A DNA stretch of 64,000 nucleotides from an uncultured Methanosarcinaceae archaeon (GTDB lineage Archaea; Halobacteriota; Methanosarcinia; Methanosarcinales; Methanosarcinaceae). Shown here one piece after another: positions 55,598-64,000 of the stretch; position 1 is the stretch's first letter, and each line of letters starts with the position of its first letter. The translations under genes and the position numbers were made by a program. Below the pieces are notes generated by a model. It was not told the origin of the DNA, searched no databases, and saw only the letters and a program-made list of their open reading frames with translations. The DNA lies in assembly GCA_963727895.1 (NCBI GenBank), contig CAVSHT010000014.1, forward strand, positions 1-64,000, in the 5' to 3' direction.

Positions 55598-55774
55598 TAC
55601 ACAGTTATGGATTCTAAAGATAATAATCTTATGTGATTTTATTACAAATGATATATATTGATACCCTTTACACAATTAACAATAATGTTAATCCTCTCAA
55701 ATTGGCATTTGTACAAAATATCAATTCTTATTTTGTGTGATATCATAAATTTAAATAAGTTATTGAGTAGAAAA

Positions 55775-56038
55775 GGTTCCGTTGCAAAAAATCTCAGAAT
55801 AAGCACGTAAATCTGCGGACAATGAACAAAAGTTAAAATATTCTAGAAGATGTATCAATATCATAGAACTATTCCAAATAATTGATTAATATATTTAGCT
55901 TCATTAAGAACAGAGTAGTTTAGATTCTTGATTTTTTATTTTTTAATCATATTTATAACTTCAATTCCTGTTAAAGTTTTATTAGCAGATTGAAAAGAAT
56001 GAAATCCTAACATTGGATTAACGATTCGCTTTATAGAT
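55775..56038 (-). mobile_element. IS6 right-end fragment
   Basis: Reverse complement of transposase 3' end plus terminal repeat. Confidence 0.85.
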
Positions 56039-56554
56039 TTAGGTAGTATGCTAATTCTGATATAGAGGTTTTAAAGTAAAAGCTGTACATTTTAGGAAAA
56101 ATCTAATTCTGCAGAATGCTTTGATATACGAACTTTTTTGATATAGAACGTTCGTATTTTAAGTAAAATTTTGCAAGTTTTGCCATCCTATACCTCAGGA
56201 ATAAGCATTAAAAACGAACTTCTCTATATTATGTTCGTATACCAATTTTAAAATAATATCAAAAAAGTTAATACTTTGGCCAAAATGTTGACTAATCATT
56301 TTTTGAATTATATGTGAAGTTGTGCGTCATTAGAAAGGTGTTAGGATTTTAATATGGTTGGGATTCTTTAAATCAACTACGCAGGGACGCACACAAACCT
56401 CTAAAATATGTAATACAACTGAATGTATATATATATATATTTTGAATATGTTATATAAAATTAAAACATATTTATAGCTAATTTATTCTAGTAAGTTGAT
56501 TATCTATGATCCACTTAAACGCTTCAGATCTTGAAAAGAAGTTCTGCTTAATAA

Positions 56555-56683
56555 GAGCCTATCCCAAAACTCAAAATTGTGTCTCTAAATTTCAAATTAT
56601 AAATAACCAATCGAGTTTCCGATAAGGAAAATGATTCTGATACTTTTATTTATGTGAAAATCAAATTGGTTTTGGGATGAGCT
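56555..56683. mobile_element. MITE (relative at 62463-62570)
   Basis: GAGCCTATCCCAAAAC...GTTTTGGGATGAGCT. Confidence 0.7.
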
Positions 56684-56730
56684 TATATACTGTCTATAAG
56701 ACGTAAAAAAATTATCGGGAGGTAAAAAAG

Positions 56731-57347
56731 ATGATTTATGAACTGATGACTATGCATCTACATCTTTGGGGAACAAAAAAGCTGTGGAAGGTATTTTAAA
56801 CTATAAAAATACATCACAAAGTAATGGAAGATTACTGGGATGCTGGAAAGTTGAAGTTGGTCCTATTGGGCCTGATTGTTTGCTTATATTACGGGAGTTT
56901 GATAATTCAGAAGATCTATTGGAAGAAAGGGAAAAATTCTTATTAAATAATAATCCTTTCGATATAGGCGATGTGTTAAAAGGATTTAAGGTGGAGTCCT
57001 TTATGCCATTTCATTTTATGCCTCCGATAAAAAGTGGTCAATTGGGGCCAATATACGAATTCAGAGAGTATCAACTTGCTGTAGGTGGTATTAAAAAAAG
57101 CATAGATGCATGGGAAAAAGCTTTGCCAGCACGGCAAAAAATATCACCTGTAGTAATAGCAATGTATGCCTTGGACGGACCGGCTCGTATAGTGCATATC
57201 ATAGCGTATGAAAGTTTTGAATTCCGACTTAACGTGAGACAAGAATTATATCAAAAAGGAATTTGGCCACCAAAGGGAGCACCTGAGGAGATTATAAAGG
57301 CTACGAATATGATAGCGTTACCAACATCCATTTCACAGTTAACTTAA
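56731..57347 (+). pseudogene. NIPSNAP-family protein, 1-nt frameshift in an A-run
   Basis: GGAGGT then MIYEL out of frame with the body; IYEFREYQL...RIVHI. Confidence 0.8.
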
Positions 57348-58269
57348 TCAGCAAATGTTTTTATAAAATGTCGTGAAAAGTTTATTTCACGACATTTAAC
57401 TTGACTATGTCACATTACAAGGTAAAACGTTATTATTAGATCTCATATCAAAAGTATATTGTTCGTAGTGAAATCGATAACTGCAATTGGAATAACTGTC
57501 TAATCTGATATAGTCAGATTAAGTCCAGGTAATATATCCAGTGAATATTGGTATCCACAGACAAATTAACTTTTTTGCACAGGATACAGTGGATGCAATG
57601 GAAATGCACCAATTCAAAAATGGATTAAAATCTTGAAAACTTCAATTGGAATTACATTTCATCTCATTAACACTATTAGTAAGAAATAATTAATAATTTG
57701 TAATACTCTATTTATATACTGATTTCACTTTTACCTTTGTTTCGTGTGGGAAAATAAAATTTAGGCAAGCCTTCTAAAATGACAAATTAAACTGAAGTTT
57801 CCAGGCGATTTTGTTCACTCGCCAAAAGTTACCAGAATCGGCTGACATGGCCTATGTGTTTTTGTTAATATCTATTCCAATGACTATGTAACGGTTTTGA
57901 AAAAACGTTAGTTAGAGACTTGATATTTCGAAGGGCTATATTTTGCCTTCGATAACCGTATCGTTAAGAGCTAAAAAAAGTAAGAAACACATAGTCAATT
58001 ATGATTTACAAAACTGCCATCAAAATACCAGTAATCAATTAATTATTTGGAATAGTTCTGTAATATTGATAAATTTAAAATATTTTGACTTTTGTTCATT
58101 CTCCATATATTTACATGCTTATTCTGAAATTTTTTGCACCAGAACCCGAATATTTTGTAAAATTGGTTTTATTGAGGACTTTCAGTATATTCAATAAATA
58201 TATGACAATTTCACTATATTGAATATATCGAAAAGATATATAATCTTAAAATTAAATCTATATTTAGAA

Positions 58270-58381
58270 GGTTCTAATGACTCGATTCTAAAACTACTTG
58301 AATCCTGATATAACCACAATAAATCTTATTTTCATCATAGCTTCTAAAAACCACTTCCTTGAAAAATCGAGTTGTGGAGCC
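58270..58381. mobile_element. MITE
   Basis: GGTTCTAATGACTCGATT...AATCGAGTTGTGGAGCC. Confidence 0.6.
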
Positions 58382-58929
58382 CTCTTACAGACAGACAAGG
58401 CTGCAGGTTATATCTTGCAGCCACAAGATCAACTTTTTGATCAAAAGTATTTGCTTTTCTTATATTATTCCTAAAATTGATATACAAGCATATATGAACA
58501 TAATAGAAAAAGGTTCGTTTTTATTGTTTATTCTTGTAGAATAGGATCGAAAAATCTGCAAAATTTCATCCAAAATCCGAACGTTTAAGTCAAAAGGTTC
58601 GTATAATGAAGTGCCCTAAAAATTAGAATTTTAGATTGTTTGCTTCATCGTAGAGTTTACTTCTACCATATAATTTTTGCAACAGAACCTTTAAATTTCT
58701 ACTTATTTCAGCAAAATCCTTTTCATAATTTTTTTGTAATGTAACCAACTCGAAAACTTCTTTTTTGTTCCTTTTTTGATTTTTTGGATCAAATTCTTAG
58801 ATTTAATAAAATCCTTATCTCTGAAATACTATCTAAATAATGTTGGTTCAATGAGATAATTATTTATAATCAGTATATGTAGTGTATATCAGAGTACAGT
58901 CGAAAAAAAGTGTGTAGTGGGGAAAGAGT

Positions 58930-59339
58930 ATGAGAATTCGAGTGGTTAGTTCAAGAGAAGAAGTCTTTACATTAAATCCTAATGAGCGTATTGTTCACCT
59001 GGCCTTTAGACCGTCAAATAAGGACGTCTTTGCACTGGTTGAGACTTGACCAAAGATTGAGGTAGTTCAGTTACCATAAGTCTTACATGGCTACGATTTC
59101 AAAATCCATGGAAATGTTCCTTGAAATGCAGAAGGATCCAGCCTATCGAAGGCGATGTTTGGGGTCATAGAAAAGATATAAACGAGTATTACACTGTCCC
59201 GTCCTCAGTCACTGAAAAAATAAAGGATATGAAATCCGAAGGAAAACTCAATGAGGATATTGAAGCAAAAGTTTCAAGGGAATATAGGCTTAATCCTAAA
59301 ATGGTTGCCTATATCATGAACAAGGAAACTTCTGCCTAA
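58930..59339 (+). pseudogene. DUF1699-like protein
   Basis: MRIRVVSSREE...VHLAFRPSNKD...ET*PKIE, then EGDVWGHRKDINEYY. Confidence 0.85.
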
Positions 59340-59745
59340 ATTTAAGCAGGGTAAAAATATCAGCAAGTAAGTAAGCAAATACTTCACTGAAGATTAATCT
59401 TTACAAAGAAGTGTTGAATCTTGAGACTTTATCATCTTCTGAGTCTTTGATTTATTGCAGTCAAGCATAAGTGGAACTGGTAATTGGTAGTCTCAGAAGA
59501 TATTAAAAAGTCTCCTTTTTTGGCGTTGTAGAACTTCTCTGAAATTAGAGGAAAGAAAAGCTACTTTTTACTCTGTGATTAATACCATTAGATCATGGGC
59601 AGTTTTGAAGACCAGTAATCTATGAATCAGACTATTTTTGAACCTTATCCAAAAAGCCTGGTGGGATTGTACTCTATAAATTCCACCTCTAGGAAGACTC
59701 CTGGGAATAAACTCATAGACTATGAAATTCTGGGTGGGGTAATTT

Positions 59746-60864
59746 ATGAAAAATCTAGGCAATTTGCTTTGTTTTTTATTACTCATTTATCTAACCAAAT
59801 TTTTTATCTCCTGGCCTTATACTAAAACTTACGAGGATTCCAGTATATCAGATATAGCAGACATAGGAGAGAATTTTGTCGGAACAGATATCGTGAATTC
59901 TGAGCCTTGTAATTCCTTGACTACAGAAGAGTCAATTACTTCTGGACAAATAATCCGAACTTACTCATGGAACTATGAAGGTCACTGTTGTCACCTTACT
60001 TTGCCTCTTGACAATAAGCTCTATCATGAATATAAGTCCAGGACTAGAGATAGGGACTACGATTTGTTTGCTTCAGATTCATATGACGACTGGTTAATCA
60101 CAAATATCTCAGAGAATTTATATTCTCTCTCAAAAGATTGTGGGCTTGAAGAGAGCGAAGTTCCAGGTCTTTGTATCTCGTTTGTTCAGTCCTTAAACTA
60201 TACTTCGGATCTTGAAAGTACGGGTTATGAAGAGTATCCTCGTTTTCCTTATGAGACTCTCTATGATAATGGCGGGGACTGTGAGGACACCTCAATTCTA
60301 GCCGTCGCAATTCTTCAAAAGATGGGTTATGATGTTGTCCTTTTGGAGTTTCCAGGACACCCGGAACATCCGGGGCATATGGCTATTGGAATAAAGTGTA
60401 GCCCTGGGCAAAAAGGCAAGAGTTTCGAGTACAAAGGCAACAATTACTATTATGTGGAGACCACAAGTAGTGATTGGCAGATAGGGGAAATTCCCGAAGA
60501 ATATGCAAACCAGCCTGTAAAGATCATTCCTGTCTACAAAAGGCCTGCAATTAATCTTGATTTCAAAGCTCAATGTGAATACTCAGGAAAAGAAGGAGAT
60601 GTAGATGTTAACGTAACTGTAAGAAGTGTGGGTTCTGAGGTAGCCAAAAATACAACTGTGTACGTTATCCTTCAGACTGCAGATGAAACTAATGTTTGGA
60701 ACGAAATTGAAAGTTCTCCAGTTACAATTGAGCCAGAAGGAATTTACAATTACACTGCTACAGGTCTTACTGTTCCTTTGGGAAGAAAATTCAGGGTATA
60801 TGTACAGGCATCGGGGGATAATATGGCATCTGAAAATATAACTAGCGAGTGGGTTAAAATCTGA
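59746..60864 (+). CDS. Transglutaminase-like protein with C-terminal Ig/CARDB-like domain
   Basis: PYETL...GGDCEDTSIL...HMAIG...YVETT; N-terminus uncertain. Confidence 0.8.
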   Translation: MKNLGNLLCFLLLIYLTKFFISWPYTKTYEDSSISDIADIGENFVGTDIVNSEPCNSLTTEESITSGQIIRTYSWNYEGHCCHLTLPLDNKLYHEYKSRTRDRDYDLFASDSYDDWLITNISENLYSLSKDCGLEESEVPGLCISFVQSLNYTSDLESTGYEEYPRFPYETLYDNGGDCEDTSILAVAILQKMGYDVVLLEFPGHPEHPGHMAIGIKCSPGQKGKSFEYKGNNYYYVETTSSDWQIGEIPEEYANQPVKIIPVYKRPAINLDFKAQCEYSGKEGDVDVNVTVRSVGSEVAKNTTVYVILQTADETNVWNEIESSPVTIEPEGIYNYTATGLTVPLGRKFRVYVQASGDNMASENITSEWVKI

Positions 60865-61424
60865 GAACTTCTGCATCTGATAACACAAAGTGAGTAAACA
60901 AATGTTATAGGAAGCAGGCCAGAAAATGCAGTATTTTTCCTCCGAAAACGACCTACTGTATTTTAACCTAATTACAAAGACAGGCATGCATCTGGCCCTA
61001 TGGAACATATTTGAAAGAGGAAGGTTATGGCATACAGGCCAGAAAATCCCGCATGCTAACTATTACCTCTATGTTTTAGTTAATTTCTGTTGAAAAAATA
61101 TTAGAAGCTACAGTTCTGCAACTATTTTTTAGTTTTTAAAAAACAAATGTTTTTAAGGACTTAGTTCTTACCATATCGAATTTTGACTTCAAATATATAT
61201 CAAATTTGCTATAAGACCCTTAAGCGAAATCAATATATCAATATTCATAAAAAAACAGGAATTTTGCGAAATACATCTATATCAAAAAACTATAAATGTA
61301 ATTAAAAGATGACAAAATTTTATTTGTAAAAGTTATTTTTTAGACCAGTTAGGAAAAAAGAGCTGACATATATAATTATTTAAGAACGATTGCTTACAAA
61401 TGTCAAAAAATCTGCACTAAAAAG

Positions 61425-61493
61425 GGCATTGTTACTTTAATATACCTAGTTCTTTATTTCTGTATTTCATCAATAGAATAACCGAGTACTTTA
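61425..61493 (-). mobile_element. IS1 end fragment
   Basis: Matches 25398-25466. Confidence 0.8.
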
Positions 61494-62405
61494 ATCACAT
61501 ACATGCCTGTCAATAAGATGTGTAAAATAAGCTTTGCTAATCATGATCAGGCCTGCACCGTGTGGAAGTTCCTGATGATAAGCCGACATTGCATGTTCCA
61601 GGGAATGTTGACTTGTGCAACGCCCCACACACATTACAGTCCCTGAAAGCGTATTACCAAACGCAACCTTTTCACGTATATCCAAATCATTTCCGTATTT
61701 CACCGCTTTTGTAAGATTTTGTCCTACATTTTCAATTGCTGTGATAGCATGCATATTACTCATAAGGTTGACACCATTCGAAACATAGCCTTCTACACTA
61801 TGAAACAACGCATCGAATCCTTGATAAGCCGTGTATTTGGGCGGCACAGAAAGCATAAGTTCCGGATCGACAATTACCAAAACTGGAAACAGATCGTCAT
61901 GTACAAATCCGGTTTTCTCATGCTTTTCTTCATTGGTAACTACTGTTCCTGGATCAGTTTCGGAACCTGTTCCTGCTGTTGTTGTAATGGCTATAACAGG
62001 GAGTGGTTTATGTTCCATTGCCTTTCCTTTTCCTGTTCCACCAAACACATAATCCCAATAATCGCCATCGTTAGTGGTCATTACAGCAATTGCTTTTGCC
62101 GCATCCATACAGCTTCCTCCACCTAAAGCGACAATAAAATCACAGCTATTTTCTTTTGCAAAAACACTACCTGCCATAACTGTTGATTTCAATGGATTGG
62201 ATTGAACTTTGTCAAACACCACGGTTTCGACTTCTGCTAATTTCAATTGTTCTTCTGTTCTTGCAAGATAACCGTTTGCTCTTGTGGATTTTCCTTTTGA
62301 AATAACGATCATAGCTTTTTTGCCAGGAATTTTCTGGGTGTGCAGATTGTTTAATTGACCTGCCCCAAATAAAGTTCTAGTAGGTACATACATGTTAAAA
62401 CTCAT
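61491..62405 (-). pseudogene. Iron-containing alcohol dehydrogenase, 3' truncated
   Basis: ALGGGSCMDAAKA, TTAGTGSE, DALFH, HSLEH, PHG; fused to the IS1 end. Confidence 0.88.
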
Positions 62406-62584
62406 ATCAAATCCTCAATCGTAAGTCTTGTACTTCTTATGCATTTGATGAATTCAATTCATGAGCCATCCCAAAACCAATATTTTCTTAAGTAAATTTT
62501 TCATGATCATAAGCTAAATTCTCTTACTTTCGAGATTCAAATTCGCAATTTTGGTTTTCGAGATAAGCTCGTTAGTAGAATATA

Positions 62585-62659
62585 TGACTGATTAGTCAAT
62601 CATCAATGTGATTATTATTATATAAACGTTTACCCATATTAGGATTGACTGATCACTCA
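62585..62659. promoter_or_regulatory. Putative TetR operators upstream of adh
   Basis: TGACTGATTAGTCA at 62585 and TGACTGATCACTCA at 62646. Confidence 0.75.
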
Positions 62660-62676
62660 TAAAGGGGGTAAAAAAA

Positions 62677-63254
62677 TTAATTTTTAGCTAGCCCTCTCCA
62701 GATAATCTGAAATCCATCCTCTAAAACCTTATTTTCATCCAGTGATGAATCTGAATCAAGGATAAGATTCACTACCGTTCTGCTAGCCTGATAAAACATT
62801 GCAATGGTCAGCTCCACAGAAAAATCTCTGATTTTTCTCATTATTACTCCTTCATTCACAAGATCATGGAAAAAGACATACTCTTTCATCACTTCTTCAC
62901 GCGTAAATTTTGTGATATAGGGAGAATAGCAGAACTGCCCGACAAAAAGAAATTCTTCCTGATTGTCTACTCCCCATTTGACCAAATTTGACCATATTTT
63001 TCTTAATTTGCCAGGAAAGGTGTTCTCAGCTTCGATATCTTTCTCCATAGCGTGACTTAAGTCTCCTTTAACCTCAAAATACAGGCTGTTTATAAGGTAT
63101 TCCTTTATGGGAAAATAATTGAAAAGCGTGCCTGTGGCTACACCTGCTTCTTTTGAAATCTGAGCAGTGGATGTACCATGAAAGCCTCTTTCAGTGAAGA
63201 GTTTCAGGGCTGCTTCCATAATAGCTGTTTTTTGTCTTTTACCTGTTCGCTCAT
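62677..63254 (-). pseudogene. TetR/AcrR regulator, 5' A-run frameshift (body 62677-63219 open)
   Basis: ALKLFTERGFHGTSTAQISKEAGVATGTLFNYF. Confidence 0.8.
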
Positions 63255-63269
63255 GTAATATCTCTATGT

Positions 63270-63283
63270 TGACTGATTAGTCA
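63270..63283. promoter_or_regulatory. Putative autoregulatory TetR operator
   Basis: TGACTGATTAGTCA just upstream of tetR. Confidence 0.75.
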
Positions 63284-63680
63284 GTTTATCTTTATATTAA
63301 CTTGTAAGGTAAATACCTTATGGTACTTTTTTCATGACTTTAGATACTATTACAATTCTGTTCAATCAAATCTATGAGAGATGAACTTTTTTAAGTTTGT
63401 CTTGCTATAAAAAATTCGTATCCTAATAGCTTAACAATACCTGTATTACAAATTATGACACTTTTAAAAATAGATTAGACTTTTAGCCTCACTTCTTTAA
63501 CTTCTTTAATGCAACCCTTAAAACCTAACACATTTAAAACTATGTTATAAGTAAATGATTAAAAACGAAGACGCATTTTTGAATCCTTTTACAGCTTTTT
63601 CTGAAAAAAAACAATTGACTTACTAAAGCAAATTAAATTGTTTTAGTGATATTGAAGTGAATAGATTTTTTCAGCGAGTT

Positions 63681-64000
63681 TTATATCATTAACCCAATCA
63701 AAAATCCAATTATTGCGCCAGTATTAAGAAAAGGTAAACCTGCATGCATTCTTCTACGAGATGTGAAATGCATAAGTCCTATGACACCGAACCAGACGTA
63801 CCTATCATTGCGCCAGCCACTGCATAATGAACATTCATGAATGTCTTAGCTGAGACCACAAGTAGTGATGGAAAAGTTAGATCACCAAAACCTATGTAGA
63901 TTGCTTTACCAGTACCATCAGGATTTATCTGTGCATCGAAAACTGAGTATGGTAACTGCTTTGGGATAATAAAAGACAGTGGTATTCTTATTGACTTCAA
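63681..64000 (-). pseudogene. Presenilin/signal-peptide-peptidase-like (A22) protease 3' end, frameshifted
   Basis: YIGFGDL motif; a shifted frame gives HAGLPFLNTGAIIGFLIG. Confidence 0.75.

Noticed and set aside
63765..63780. GCATAAGTCC as a MITE end
   Set aside because: It lies within the shifted frame of the presenilin-like gene (GLMHF...AGLPFLN).
1..64000. Integrase, VirD4, canonical relaxase, reverse transcriptase/DGR, tRNA or rRNA
   Set aside because: No recognisable motifs by eye; they may lie outside the window or be too diverged to see.

Overview
Archaeal, AT-rich and heavily decayed accessory region, most likely from Methanosarcina (inferred from MC1, DUF1699-like, PGF-pre-PGF and S-layer-like genes). 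Main content: (1) a 3.4-kb or longer RPA-associated protein/RPA/DinB cassette present twice in direct orientation about 31.9 kb apart; (2) next to each copy, a paralogous plasmid-like module (hairpin leader, unknown ORF, invariant 46-bp block), the two modules being inverted relative to each other; (3) a partly pseudogenised conjugation (T4SS)-like operon: pilin, beta-helix surface protein, membrane proteins, and a VirB4-like ATPase whose C-terminus has a possible PD-(D/E)xK nuclease motif; (4) many IS6, IS1, IS256 and IS200/605-like elements, several MITE families, a group II intron 3' remnant and a dispersed res-like palindrome-pair repeat; (5) cargo genes, many broken (NadE-like, UbiA, MgtA, NIPSNAP, MC1, Mop, TetR-ADH, presenilin-like protease, a (YYHP)n secreted protein). 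I saw no rRNA, tRNA, CRISPR array, integrase, VirD4 or canonical relaxase. All comparisons and family assignments were made by eye from motifs, without database searches.
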